64,000 bases of DNA from the human T2T-CHM13v2.0 reference genome, Homo sapiens. Location: the NCBI RefSeq assembly GCF_009914755.1, contig NC_060930.1, one strand, 5' to 3'. Every line of letters starts with the position of its first letter. Within the stretch, counting starts at the first letter, position 1. The notes below the pieces were generated by a model. It was not told the origin of the DNA. It made no database searches and worked only from the letters and a program-made list of their open reading frames with translations. Below, one piece after another: positions 26,618 through 42,432 of this stretch. A program made the position numbers and the translations under genes.

Positions 26618-27833
26618 CATTGTTAAGATGACCCCATTACCCAAAGTGATCTACGGAGTCAATGTCATCCCTACTAAAATTCCAGTGTCATTTTTACAGT
26701 AATAGAACACAAATCCTAACTTTCATATGGATTTTAGTACTTCTGATCTCCAGAATTGTAAGATAATCTGTATTGTTTTAAGACTAGGAAATTAATACTA
26801 TTCTGTAGACTTTATCAGTGGCATTATACATACTCACCTACTTAACAGAGTGCTAGCTGGGAAAAGGTGTCTGTAAAGAGCTTTATGAGGTGATGCTCAA
26901 CTGGGACAGAAAGGGAATTCTATAAACAGATCGGGTGATGTTAGGGAACTTAAATTATTCATTTATGTATGAATTGCCTTATGAATATTTATAAGCATAT
27001 GTCTGAATATTATAAACATATCCAGATTTCATATATATAATATACACACACACACATACACACACACATCTCACACAAATACACACATACACACCATCTT
27101 GAGAGAGGTGTAAACAGAAGAGTGTGATATAAGAGTACTTAATCCATTTTAAAATTACACATGCCTTACGCAGACTTTCCCCATATAGTACTTGAAAAAT
27201 TAAAGTGTTGCAAGGGTTAGTTTGGGAGAGGGGGAGATGGAGTTCTTGGGAGGTAAACCAATTAATAATTAGAATTATTTAAGTGAAATAATACAAAACA
27301 TGCACCGGTGTTTCATGGTGGAGTAGTTATTGACTTTATTGATTTTCTCTAAGAATATGAAAAATCTTAAACACGTTGTGGATATATCTGATCTTTGAGC
27401 AAAACTGAAAATGTTTTAACTTCTGCTTTAATATCATTAGGGTCAAAGCCAAGTGTATAAATAGATGCCTTGAGTTATGGTGCCAACTTGTAAACCTAAA
27501 TTCCACCCCAATTACAATGTTTTGAGGAGCACAAATCACTGAGATTCTCCTAGCCAAAATAACACCCTTTACTCTCATCATGATGACCGAAGTTCAATTA
27601 GGAGCCATTTATTTCTGTAAGACCTCTAGTCTTCATCTTCTCTCAAAATGTCAACACCCACAGGCTGGGTAGCTTTCAAGGGGGTTCTCACCAACTACCA
27701 TAACAGGAATAACCACTGAAGAATCCTTTTTAGGGCAGTAGGTGGTGAGAAGGGAGGGTAATATTAAAAGGACGCAGAGGACACCAGAATCTGCTGAACA
27801 CTGGCCATAGCCACAGTCTAAGAACTCTATTGT

Positions 27834-28137
27834 GGCCGGGCGCGGTGGCTCACGCCTGTAATCCCAGCATTCTGGGGGGCCGAGGTGGGCAGATCATGAG
27901 GTCAGGAGATCGAGACGATCCTGGATAACACGGTGAAACCCTGTCTCTACTAAAAGTACAAAAAATTAGCCAGGTGTGGTGGCAGGCACCTGTAGTCCCA
28001 GCTACTTAGGGGGCTGAGGCAGGAGAATGGCGTGAACCCGGGAGGCAGTGCTGCAGTGAGCCGAGATTGCGCCACTGCACTCCAGCCTGGGCGACAGAGT
28101 GAGACTCTGTCTCAAAAAAAAAAAAAAAAAAAAAAAA
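27834..28137 (+). mobile_element. AluY
   Basis: 'gagaatggcgtgaacccggg'; TSD aagaactct(a/c)ttgt. Confidence 0.93.
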
Positions 28138-29027
28138 GAACTCTCTTGTTACCAAACTTTGCTGCAAGCAAAATTGTGAAATAATTACTGCTAGTTGCAT
28201 TAAATGCATTATTTCACCTTATCCCTACAACAGACCCACTTAAAAAGTGCTAATGAGATTCCAAATTTACAGGTGCATAAAATGAGGCATAGAGCTAGAA
28301 GTTGAAGAGTCAGTACTAAGTGCCAGGTCCGTGGGCCTCATTACTCTGCCTGTATTTATCCTATGAAGATTATCTTGGGCACCGGCCTCTTCCTTCACTG
28401 TGCCCTGACTTTCCATCTCAGATGCTCTGTGCTCTCCTGTCACCCTGTTGCTTGCACCTTCTCACTTAAGAGTCTCCATTATGATGGGTTCCAGACCCCT
28501 CCCTGAACTCCCTTCCACAGTGGCAAAGCTGGGGGTGGTTTAACTCCAGGTAGGTTGCAGATGGAACTGAGAGACTCCACAGGGCTAACATGCACTTAGC
28601 AGGAAGTCCAAAGAAGGAGAAAGGTAGCACCGTGCTGATTTAGTGCTATGCAACAAGCCAAGGCAATACCTGGAGTTATTTGGCAGCCATTGAAGGCCTC
28701 CCCTGCTCAGGGTACTGTGGTAGGTGCTGGGCAATTGCAGCCAGAGCTGGGAAAGTCTGAGACTGTGCAGTGGGGACACAGCCACATGAAGCAAGACTTT
28801 AAGGTAAGAGAAATAGAGCACAGAAGAGCCTATTGTTCTAGGATCCAAAGTAGTGATTCTGTATTAGAATTGGAGTACAAGAAACAAAGCAAGAGCTTAA
28901 TTACTAGAATAGGACTTAAGGTGAGAGTTGGCCAAGCAGCAACCTTGACCTCAAACTACTCAGCTGTGTTTGAATTTCTGCCGGATTAGTAGGGCTCAGC
29001 CTGCAGCGGATGCTCCTGTAGCCCAAA

Positions 29028-29250
29028 CCATTGTTTTTCAAACTACAGGTCATGACCTGTCCAGTGATCATGGAATTGGTTTCATGGGTGGCAGTTAGCA
29101 CTCTTTAAAATAAATAAAATAGACTAGAAAAGAAAATAACAAAGTGCATTGCATGTCGTAAGGATTTCAGCGTTAGGTACACGTGTCTTATGTTGTGATG
29201 TAAAATTTATTTCTTAATGTTACTGTCAAAAAAAGCTTGAAAACTCCTGG
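29028..29250 (+). mobile_element. hAT-Charlie MITE (MER103-like)
   Basis: Ends 'cattgtttttcaaact' / 'aaagcttgaaaactcctg'. Confidence 0.55.
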
Positions 29251-29667
29251 TTTGAAACTCATGGATATAGGGCAGAAAGCCAGGTTAGTCATTATGTTTA
29301 AAATATTTTCTGCTTTTCCCAGATGACTGTGAGCTAATGTAATGAACCAATCCAGGCTGCGGTGTGGCTAGATATGAATGAATTAAGGCGTACAGCTTCT
29401 CTCATGGAGATTTTCCACATATAGCCCTGCTTGAGAAACAGAATTGTGGAATAAAGATGGAATACTTTAAGATTTTATCTTTTCTAGAGCAGTTTTAGGT
29501 TTGCAGCGAAAATGAGAAGAAGATACAAAGATATCCTATATGCCCTCTACTCCCCTACATGCACAGCCTCCCCTATTATCAACACCCCCCACCAGACTCA
29601 CAGCTATGAACCTACATTGACACATCAGGATCACACAAAGTGCAGAGTTTACATTAGGGTTCACTCC

Positions 29668-29981
<314 letters not shown>

Positions 29982-31735
29982 TGATGTTGTACCTTCTGGG
30001 GGTTTGGTCAAATGCATAGTGACATGCATCCACCATTATAGTATCATACAGAGTAGTTTCACTGCCCTCAAAACATCCTCTGTGCTCTACCTGTTCATCC
30101 CTCCCTCTCCCAAACACCTGGCAACAACTGATATTTTTATAGTCTCCATAGTTTTGCGTTTTCCAGAATGTCATACAGTTGGAATCACACTGCATGCAGA
30201 CTTTTCAGATTGGCTTCTTTCATTTAGTAATATGCATTTAAGTTTCCGCTATGTCTTTTCATAGCTTGATCACTCGTATCTTTTCAGTGCTGAATGAATT
30301 CCATTGTCTGGATGTACCACAGCTTATTTACCCATTCACCTGCTGAAGGACATCTTGATTTCGTCCAAGTTTCAGCAATTATGAGTACAGCTGCTATAAA
30401 TATCCATGTGAGGTTTTTGTGTAGACATAGCTGTCAACTTCTGTGGGTAAATATGAAGAAGTGAGATTGCTGGATTGCATGGTATGAGTGTGATTAGTTT
30501 TGTAAGAAACCACCAAACTGTCTTCCAAAGTGGCTACACCATTTTATATTACCACCAACAGTAAGTGAGAATTCCTGTTGTTCCATGTCCTCACCAACAT
30601 GTGGTGTTGTCAGTGTTCTGGATTTTGGCTATTCTAACAGGTGTGTAGTGGTATTTTACTGTTGTTTTAATTTGAATTCCTGAGGCATATGATGTGGAGC
30701 ATCTTTTCATATGCTTATGTACCTTATGTGTATCTTCTTTGGTGTCGTGTCTGTTAAGGTCTTTGGACCCTTTTAAAATCAGGCTGTTTTCTTATTGTTG
30801 AGTTTGATTTCTTTGTATGTTTTTGATAATGGTCCTTTACCGTATATGTCTTTTGCAAATATTTTCTCCCTGCCTGTGGCCTTGTCTTTTCATTCTCTTA
30901 ATAGTGGCTTTCACAGAGCAGAAATTTTTAATTTTAATGAAGTTCAGCTTATCAATTGTTTCTTTCATGAATTGTACCTTTGGTATATTAAATAAAAGTT
31001 ACCACCAAACGCAAGACTATTCAGATTTTCCACTACGTTATCTTCCAGGAGTTTTATAGTTTTGTGTTTTATGTTTAGGGCTGTGATCCATTTTGAGTTA
31101 ATTCTTGTGAAGTGTGTAAGATCTGTGCCTAGATTTTTTTCCAGTTGTTCCAACACCATTTATTAAAAAGAATATCTTTTCTCCATTGTATTCCCTTTGC
31201 TCCTTTGTCAAAGATCAATTGACTATGTTTACATGGCTCTATTTCTAGGCTCTCTATCCTATTCATTGATCTATTTGTCCATTATTTTGCCAATACCACA
31301 TTGTCTTAATTATTATAGCTTTATTGTAACAGTTGAAGTCAGGTAGCCTCAGTCCTCCAACTTTGTTTGTTGTTCTTCAATATTGTGTTGGTTAATTTGA
31401 GTCAATTGCCTCTTTGTATAAACTTCAGCATTCATTTGTCAATAGCTACAAAGTAATTGGCTGGGATTTTGAATTGAATTCTATTGAATCTATAGATCAA
31501 ATTGAGAAGAATGGACATTCTGACAATATTGAGTCTTCCTATTGATGAATATGTAATATCTTTCCATTCATTTAGTTCTTTTTTAATTTCTTTCATCCAA
31601 GTTTTATCAATTTTCTCATACTTTTATACATATTTTGACTTATACCTAAGTATTTCATTTTGGGGGATGCTAATGTAAATAGTATTGTATTTTTAATTTC
31701 AAATTCCATGTGTTCACTGTTGGCATATAGGAAAG

Positions 31736-34211
31736 TGATATGGTTGGATGTTTTGTCCCCTCCAAATCTCTTGTTGAAATGTGACCTCCAGTGTTGGAAA
31801 TGAGCCTAGTGGGAGGTGTTTGAGTGATGGGGATGGATCCTCATGAACAGCTTGGTGCTGTCCTTGCTGTAATGAGTGAGTTCTCGCTCTACGAATTCAC
31901 ACGAGATCTGGTTGTTTAAGAGAGCCTGGCACCTCCCTCTTCTTGCTTCCTCTCTCAACATACGATATGCTGGCTCCCCTGTTTGCCTTCTGCAATGATT
32001 GAAAGCTTCCTGAGGCCTCATCAAGAGCAGATGCCAGCACATGCTTCTCCTACAGCCTGTAGGACCATGAGCCAAATAAACCTCTTCTTTATAAATTACC
32101 CAGCCTCAGGTATTTCTTTATAGCAATACAAATGAACTAACACAGAAAACTGGTACTGAGGAGAGGGGTGTTGCTGTAAAGATACCTGAAAATGTAGAAG
32201 CATCTTTGGAACTGGGTAATGGGCAGAGGTTGAAAGAGTTTGAAGGGATCAGAAAAAGATAGGAAGATACAGGAAAGTTTGGAACTTCTTGGAGACGTAT
32301 CAAGTGGCTATGGCCAAAATGCTGATGGAAATTTGGACAGTGAAGGCCAAGTTGACAAGGTCTCAGATGGAAATGAGGAATTTATTGGGAACTAGAGCAA
32401 AGGTCATCCTTGATACACCTTAGCAAAGAATTTGGCTGCACTGTGTTCATGTCCTAGGGATTTGTAGAAGTTTGAACTTAAGAGTAATGGCCTAGGGTAT
32501 CAGGCAGAAGAAATTTTTAAACAGCAAAGCATTCAAGATGTGGCATGGCTGCTTTTAACAGCCTATAATCAGATACAGGAGTAAAGAAATGACTTAAAGT
32601 TGGAACTTATAATTGAAAGGGAAGCAGAGAGTAAAAGTTTGGAAAATTTGCAGCCTGGTCATGTGGTAAAGAAGGAAATAGTGTTTTTAGGAGAGAAATA
32701 CAAGCTGGCTGTAGAGTAATCATTTGTTAGTGAGATTTGCATGACTGAAAGGGAGCCAGATGCTAATAGACAAGACAGTAAGAAAAATGCCTCAAAGGCA
32801 TTTCAGAAGTCTTTGAGGCTGCCCCTCTCATCATAGGCCCAGAGGCCTAGAGGAAAGAAAGGCTTGGGGGGCCAGACCCAGGGGCCTGCTGCCCTACACC
32901 ACCTTGGGACAATGTTTCTTGCATCCAGGCCACCCAGTTTCCAGCCAGAACTCAAAGGGCACCAGGTGCATCTCAAACTGCTGCTCCAGGGGGCACAAGC
33001 CATAAGCCTTGCTGGCTTCCATGTGTTGTTAAGTCTTCGGGTGCACAGAATGCAATAATGAAGGAGGCTTGTCAGCTTCTCCATAGATTTCAGAAGATGT
33101 ATCAGAAAGCCTGGGTGCCCAGCAGAAGGCTGCCGCAGGGGTGGAACACTCGCTGACTCTACTAGGGCAGTGCCAAGGGGAAATATGGAGTTGAAGGCCC
33201 CACATACAGTCCCCACCAGCACACTGCCTCATGGATCTGTGGAAAAGGGGCTGCCACCCTCCAGACTCCAGAGTGGTAGAGCTATCAGCAGCTTAGACAT
33301 TGAGCCTGGCAAAGCTGCAGACACTCAACTCCAACACCTGAGAGAAGCCATGGGGGCTACACTCTGCGAAGCCACAGGGGCAGGCAGCTGCCCAAGGCCT
33401 TGAGATCCCACTCCTTTAATCAGTGTGCCCAGGATGCAAGACATGGAGTCAAAGGATATTATTTTGGAGTTTTAAGGTTTAATGACTGCCATGCTGGGTT
33501 TCAGACTTGTGTGGAGCCCATTGCCCCTTTTTTTTTGGCTGATTATCCCCTTTTGGTCTGGGAATTTTTACCCATTGTCTGTACCAGCACTGCATCTTGG
33601 AAGCAGATAGCTTGTTTTTTTATCTTACAGGCTCATAGATAGGTGGAACCTACCTTGGATCTCAGACAAGACTTTGGACTTTTGATTGAGATGATGCTGA
33701 GTTTGAATGAGTTAGGACTTTGGGGGACTATTGGGAAGGGATGATTGTATTTACAATGAGAGAAGAACATGAGATTTGGGGGTCCATGTGCTGAATGATA
33801 TGGTTTGCATGTTTTTTCCCCTTCAAATCTCATGTTGAAATGTGACCTCCAATGTTAGAGGTGAGCCTAGTGAAAAGCGTTTGGTTTAGGGGGTGGATTG
33901 CTCATGAATGCCTTGGTTCTGTCCTTGTGGTAATGAGTGAGTTCTCACTCTGTGAATTCACAGGAAATCTGGTTGTTTAAAAGAGCCTGAAACCTCCCCT
34001 GCCTCACACCCTCTCTCATCATGTGACACATACTGGCTCCCCCTTTTGCCATCTACCATGATTGGAAGCTTTCTGAGGCTTCACCAGGAGCAGGTGCCAG
34101 CACCATGCTTCTCATACAGCCTGCAGAACCATGAGCCAATATAAGCCTCCTTTCTTTATAAATTACCCAGCCTCAGGTATTCCTTTATAGCAATGCAAAT
34201 GGACTAACTTA
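31736..34211 (+). mobile_element. Complete MaLR provirus, MSTB-like: LTR 31736-32144, internal 32145-33795, LTR 33796-34211
   Basis: Two homologous LTRs starting 'tgatatggtt', MST-int 'gaaaactggtactgag', 5-bp TSD gaaag on both sides. Confidence 0.9.
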
Positions 34212-35556
34212 GAAAGTGATTGATTTTCGTATACTAACCTGGTATCCTGCAATCTTGCTATATTTGTGTATTAGTTCCAGAAGTTTTCTGTTGATTCTTT
34301 TGCATTTTCTATGTAGACAGTCATGTCATCTATAGAAAAAGTTTTATTTCTTCTTCCCAATCAGTACACCTTTTATTTCCTTTTTGGTCTTATTGTATTG
34401 CTAGAACTTCCAGTATAATGTTGAAAAGGAATGGTGAGTGGGGACATCCTTGCCTTATTCTTGATCTTAGTGAGAAAGCTTCTCGTTTCTCACCGTCAAG
34501 AATAGTGTTGGCTATGGATTTTCTGTAGATAGTCTTTATCAAATTGAGGAAGTTCACCTCTATTCCTAGTAAGATTGAACACTTTTAAAACTAAATGAGC
34601 TCTCAGTTGTTTCAATACTTTCAGGGTTATTTACATGTTAACAAAGGTATCACACTGATCGGTAGTCTGTGAGTCATTGTACTATTTTGCCTTCAGTAGG
34701 CAGTAAACTAGAGCTAGTTTTGGGGACTTTGCTCTGGCCAGCATGGCAGTGCTGTTTCATGGCTAAGTCGTGAGCTTTTCACCTCTTGGTTTATCTCAGT
34801 AGCTAATGCCAGTGAATCCAAACTCTGGATCCTGAAATCTTTCTTTGTCTTCAATTCCATATCTTCAATTACTCAGTAGACATTGTCACTTCAGATCTCT
34901 TTCCCCATCCAATCCTATCCAAAAATTTTGTCTTCTTTCCCCAAACAAGCAAGCATCTCCTCTCTCTTCTGTCTTTATTAATGACACTAACATCCTTTCA
35001 ATAATCCACATTTTAAAGTTTGGGATCATATTTACTTCTCTTCTTTTATTCATTCCCTTGATACATGTACATATACTCTCAAGATAGAATAAATATTTGT
35101 TGAGGTATGGTCTTCTTTGTCTTAGGTTTCCCATTTCTAATTTCTACCTCATATCAGTACCAGAGAAAGCTTTTCTAAAGCCATCTCTATCATGCTATTT
35201 CTCCTCTGCAAATAAGTGACTCTCATTTCCTGCTACATTTCCTGCCAGAATGCATTTCCTTGCATTGTTTTCTGGCTTTTTCCATTCTTCACCTCAAACT
35301 CCTTCTCTCTGCCTCCCAGATTTAAACTTATTTCCAGTTATTTATTTAACAAACACTTAAATCGCACTTCCTCTGCTGCAGGAACTGTTCTAAATGCTTT
35401 AAAAAATCTTAAATCTTTAACCCACATTAAAAACTCTGTGAAACAGTATTATTACCCGCCACGTTACACGTGAGATACCTGAGGCACAAATTGGTCTATT
35501 AACCTCAGAATGTCTAGAGTCCTAGAGTTCATCTCACTATTTTCCAGGTATTTTGT

Positions 35557-36461
<905 letters not shown>

Positions 36462-36699
36462 TAGCTATATTATGTCTCCCTTACGTTTCATTCATGTGCA
36501 ATTGTCTTGTCTTGGAAGCAAAGACCATAGCATGTAAGTGTTTTCTATTCCTCCCTTTTGCTTCTTTACTTCTTTGCCCTCTTTATCCTTCCTCCCACCC
36601 ATCCAATCCTTAAAAATATTGAGTACATAAAAATATTACAGAAATAATGAATTGACATTAGCAGTCATCATTTTATAGGGAGAAAGGGGAAGCCTAGTG

Positions 36700-37145
36700 C
36701 ATTGGTTTGGATCCTCTGAGAAGCAGATAACAAGACAGAATTAGCCATGCAAGAGATTTATTGGGGTAAATGTCTGTGATGGAAAAAGAGGAGAGAGTCC
36801 ATAGAAGTGGGGACAGTATTTAGAACACAATGCTGGAAGACTCTTGTAAAAAAGAGGAGGAAGGGTGGGGCAGGGAGAATCTCAGACTGCAGCAGAGTTC
36901 CAAGAAAGTCCCCATCCAGTGACTGTGGAGTCCTCAAGCTAATGTCAGAAAGAGGAGACTGGCCCTTCTCAGGAAAAGGTTGCATTGGGACCCTGCAGAG
37001 CCAGAAAAATCACTGGCTGTAGCAGCTTGGGGGAAATGTGGCCTGGGCATGAACACAGAGATAGACTTGGAGTACAGCAGTCATGGCCATTGGTGATATA
37101 TACTCATGACAGCAGAAGATCTGAGCAGCACATTTTTGTGACCAT
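36700..37145 (-). mobile_element. Old ERVL/MaLR-class LTR, subfamily uncertain
   Basis: 'ggatcctctgagaagcagat...caagagatttattgggg'. Confidence 0.45.
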
Positions 37146-37284
37146 CCCTTCTGGAACGTTGGAAAGAATGCTAATTCTGAATCCAAAATCTTAACTTTGG
37201 ATCCCTTACTGACTCTGCACCTTCACTTAAATTCTTATCTACATCTCTTCATTTGTAAATGGAAATGACCAATAGCTTACTGGG

Positions 37285-37813
37285 TATGATGATTAATTTT
37301 GTGTGTCACCTTGACTGGGCTAAGGGATGTCCAGAGAGCTGGTAAAACATTATTTCTGGGTTGTTTGTGATGATGCTTCCAGAAGAAATTAGCACTTGAA
37401 TCAATAGACTGAGTAAAGATCACTCACTAAGTGATGATGGCTGTGGGCAGCATCCTCCAATCCACGGAGGGCTCACACAGAATGGAAAGGTGGAGGAAGG
37501 ACAAATACTCTCTCCTTCAGCCTGGACATCCATCTCCTCGTGCCCTCAAACATCAGAGCTCCTATTATAGTTCTTGGGCCTGCAGACTCAACAGGCAGTT
37601 ACACCATTGGCTAGCCCAGTTCGTAGGCCTTCGGATTCAGATGGAATTACACCACCAGTTTTCCTGGTTCTACAGTTTACAGACAGCAGATTATAGGACT
37701 TCTCAGTCTCCATAATCTCATGAGCCAATTACTATAATAAATCGCCCCTTATATCCATCTACTACATATACATCCTGTTGGTTCCATTTCTCTGAAGAAC
37801 CCTGACTAATGCA
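37285..37813 (+). mobile_element. MLT2 (ERVL) LTR
   Basis: 'gattaattttgtgtgtcaccttgactgggctaaggg...tctctgaagaaccctgactaatgca'. Confidence 0.85.
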
Positions 37814-38782
37814 CTGGGCTAGCCTGAGAACCACACGTTGACAAGAATATATAGTGTTCTGTTTATATTGCATATTATGTCATCAGGTCTATCTGATTAT
37901 AGTAGCACCTAATGTTTGTGAAACATCACACAGGTCACAGCAAGCCTTTGTTCCAGCCAATGAGCCTGTGAAGAAGGCGAGACAACCATTTCTTTCCACA
38001 TCCACTGCCCCGTTGGCTCTCTGGTAAACAGAAAGGTTCTAGGAGGGGACACTGAAATGCTCAGTAGAGGTGGGATCAAGCCCCAGAGGCTGCTTGCCAG
38101 GTAGGATCTGGTTGTAACTATGATAATTAAGGAATCAAATTCCTGAGAAAAAAATGTACATAAAGAATCAGGTAGTCCCTATTGATCTACGTAGCCTGGA
38201 GAGCTGGTCCAGTGGGCAGGCTGGCCAGATGCAGAGTCCAGCAGGTAAGAAACAATACCACCTGCAAACCTGAGACTCAGGAAGTGAGTTCTGATCTGGG
38301 ACACCCACAACAGTGCCGACTCCCCCACCCTTTCTGGTGTGCAGGTGGAAGGAGGGTGCATAGGTGTGAGTGGCAGATCTGGGGAGAAGGGGAAGCTGCC
38401 AGTACAATTTGCTTTTGCCTATGTAGGAGCAGAGGGCTCTGCCTTCAGGGCCAGCCAGCTACTGTGGGTCTTTACAGCAAGCACTGGCTGAATAAACCTA
38501 CCTTCCCTTATGGGCCTTGACCCTCGACACAAATGCCAAGTTAGTAGCCTCAGAATTGTCTTTTCTCTTCAGAGAGAAGCGTGGAAAAGATAAAGCCAGA
38601 GGCAAGGAAAACTTCTCACTCTTCTCTGGCATGCCAGGTTCAAAGAATGCCAATAGCACCCATCATCCCACCCCATGAAGAACAGCAGCAGCCCCGAATT
38701 GGGGAAGAGCATCATGACTAATGTGCTAGAGGTTGCACTTGCACAGATGATAGAATTTATAAAAGAAATTCAACATGGGTTC

Positions 38783-39256
38783 TGTTATGGGTTGAATTGT
38801 GTCCTCTCAAAACAGATATGCTGAAGTCCTAACCCCCAGAACCTCCAAATGTGACTTTGTTTGGAAAAGGTCACATTCTGATGACCTTTATAGAGGTTAT
38901 CAAGTTAGAATGAGGTCATTAAGACAGGCCTAATCCAACATGACCGGTGTCCTTTTAAAAAGAGGAAATTTGGACACAGACACATCCACACACGGAGACC
39001 TCCAAGTGGAGATGAAGGCAGATAGTGGGGTGATGCTTCTGCAAGCCAAGGAACGCTGAAGACTGAAGGCAAACCACCAGAAGCCAGGGGCGAAGCCTGG
39101 GACAGATTTTTTCTCCCAGTCCTCAGAAGGAACAAGCCCAGATGATACTTCATCTCAGACTTGCAGCCTGCAGAACTGTGAGAGATCCATTTCTGCTGTT
39201 TAGCCCTCATCTGTGGCACTTTATTACAGCAGTCCCTTCCCCACAGACACTAGTAC
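38783..39256 (+). mobile_element. MLT1B/C LTR
   Basis: 'tgttatgggttgaattgtgtcc...gcaagccaaggaacgc...gcagaactgtgaga'. Confidence 0.82.
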
Positions 39257-39649
39257 TAGTCCTAGGAAAGTTCACTCAAGCTGGCAGTGGCTCAGGAGGA
39301 GAATGAAAAGGATACTGAGGCCACTCGTTTGCTTCTACTTGAGGACAAGCAGGTGCCTCTCTTCCCGCTTCTTTCTCCTTACTGCTGCTGCCACCCACAC
39401 AGCCCCCAGGCTTGTCCTAGAGGGCTCTGGAGGTACACGCGAGGCCGGCGAGTTGTCATGGCAGGGAAGTTGTGGGGAGGGTGGAAATGGCGATTTCCAT
39501 TCCTTTTTTCCTATTTCATGTCCTGCCTGGAACATGAAACAAAACAAAACAAAACAAGACCAAATGCCCTTGGTCAAAACACCTCTGCATCCAAATAGCC
39601 TCTGAGGCAAGGCAGCTTCTGAGGCAAGGCGGGGCATCGCCGCACAGAG

Positions 39650-40400
39650 GCTTGGAGCCTTTGAGGAACAAAGAGGGCTTCAGAGCGCGCTGGCACTCCT
39701 TGGCTCACCCATTGATTTTCATTTGCACAGACGCAGGCCCTCTTTTTGTAATCAGAGGGGGGAAAGCAGATCTGTGGAAGGCAAATCTACCATCAGCTGC
39801 CTAAAAATAGACCCGCCGCCTCACCACCGTGCAAAACAGGCGCCGGCCCGCTGCTGTGCGCTGGTTGCAGCATGAATTCGCTGGGCAGGGATTTGCAGTA
39901 TAGACGTAGAGTTGTTCTGGCCTCTGATGCTGCGCCCGGGCCTTAAATGGAATCGCGGTCTGTGATAACTTTTGACAAGAGCTGGCAAGCTGAGCCTTTC
40001 TTTGAAATGCACTGGGGGGCTCTCGCACAAGAGCCAGGGCTTTCCAACAGGTGTGAGCTAGGGGGTAGGCCCTACAGATTATTAGGAGGGAAAGTTGTCT
40101 ATGGTAAATTACCAACTGGGGGAGGTCAGAGTCAAAATCTCCATAGCAGAATTATTACTAATTGTGAAGCGCCAAGATCGTAAGAGAAGAAACCATTCTG
40201 ACGTGTCATTTTTCCCAGGCCACGACATCTCTGTTAAACAAAAGACACTCATATTTGAAGTGATGAAAAAGCCATGAAACATAATTTGAAAATTATGTCA
40301 TGCCCAGCTTTGCCTTCCCTCAAGGCAAATAAAAGCCTCGGAATAAAAACGTTTCTATTTATTTTCAAATATTTGCATGGGTTGCCCCTTTAATCATCCA
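39650..40400. promoter_or_regulatory. Candidate enhancer: E-box 39794-39799, MEF2 39801-39810, CArG 39941-39950, GATA 39963-39968, octamer 40371-40378
   Basis: Exact consensus matches CAGCTG, CTAAAAATAG, CCTTAAATGG, TGATAA, ATTTGCAT in unique, locally CpG-enriched DNA. Confidence 0.6.
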
Positions 40401-41768
40401 TTCCCTCTAATATTAGTCACAAGCAGTTTAAATGGAAGCTGTTAGCATGAATGAACACTCCTTAATGGCTGGATCACTGGAGGAAGTGAGCTGTAAAGCC
40501 CAAACAGTCAGATGAAGAAAAGCAATTAATAAAATTTGCCTTTATCTCAAAGAAACTAGGATGTTTTAACTGCAGTTATGTTTTGAAGGAAACAAATATG
40601 ATGGTTGATTATCACGGAAAATAGACTGAATCCTGCCCACTCGTAAATTCACAAACTCACTTCAAGTGGAAAACCCAAGTCTGCATCCTCGAGGAATTGT
40701 ACAAATGTGCATCACGAGACAAGATCTGGCCCAATGCCTAGAAGCTGGTGAGGTCACCAAACTCATTACTCAGAAAATCAGCTGTGAGCCAAGCCCTCAT
40801 TCCGTTGCATTTCACATAGAATGGAGATTCCTCCGTCTTTCCCATGCTCCCACCTCCCATCATTAGAAGAAAAATGGGATTCCCAGGTATTTAACTTTAG
40901 GAATCTTACAGAGATCCAACATGGACGCTTTCACGCCACATCCTGATTTTAGCTGTGGCTCTTCTTGCTCTGTCTGGAGGCATCTCAGCAGTTAATGGGA
41001 GTGATTCACATGATCCTACTCCAATTCCTGCTATTTTAGGATACTTAGCTTTTCTTAGCCATGGATTTCTTCTGTCTAAATCTGCCCGACTGAATTGGAA
41101 GCTGCCCAGAATCTTCTTCTTTGGAAATTACATTTGTGCATCTAGGGTATATTTGTCGTTCCGCCCACGCTCCAGCCACTTTTTGAGAAGTGCAGAGCGA
41201 GTCATGTGACAGCCATCAGTGTATTTGCACCCTTTTTTGTTTAAAAACATAATCTGCATTACAAATTGCACCAATTCCTGTATGTAGTAAGTCATCATTC
41301 AATAAAAAGCACAAATGTATGCCTGTCACATTCAACATAATAAACTGCAAGTAAATACATCTTTTCTTAGTCCAAATCAGTCAGTAAATGATGTCTTTAT
41401 TTTCTCTGTTATGCACCAAGTTTGCAATCAGCTTTATTCTTGATTCTCTCAGGCCAAGCCTACACAGCGTTAACTGCAGTGGAAGATTGTGCTTTTATCA
41501 GAAGCAGCTGAACACCTGAGGACAGGAACATGGCTGAAGCAATTCATTTCTCCAATTCACTTTGTTCTACTTTATCATCATCATTCCGGTATTATCATCA
41601 TGTTCATCAGATTCTCCATCTAAAAAAGATTTATCACAGTGTCTGCATCTGCAGGCGATACTACAATATAGATAAAACCATTGCTCCCTGCCTGCTCCGG
41701 ATGAGTTTGCAAAGAGGTATGGTATAGAAGAAACACTTTGTGCTTTGAAGCAAGACAAAACTGAGTTA

Positions 41769-42038
<270 letters not shown>

Positions 42039-42303
42039 TTATTCAACCCCTGAGAGCCTTCATTTCCTTATCTATATGATGACAAGAATAGTTACCTTAC
42101 AAGTTAGATGTGATAACTTCAAATTACATGGCTGTTGTGCTCGCTACACAGTGCCTTTCTGATTAAGCATTGACTAGAACAGGGGCATGTTCTTATGAAA
42201 AAAGGCAAGCTGGCCAGGCTTTATTTACTATGGATGTGTTATTAATAACGGTGATTATAATAATGGCTACCATGATCTCTTTTTATTCTATAACAAGAGG
42301 GTA

Positions 42304-42432
42304 AGGTCAAATATGGAACAATTTGAGCTTTAATAAAGATAATAATTGCAAGGGGGAAAGAATCAAGCATTTATCCTGACTTGCCTGTAAGAACTATTCC
42401 ACTGAGTAACCAAATAGTTGCTGGAGAAACAT
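42304..42432 (-). repeat. Inverted copy of 51321-51450
   Basis: Hand alignment: 9 mismatches and 1 gap in ~130 bp. Confidence 0.9.
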
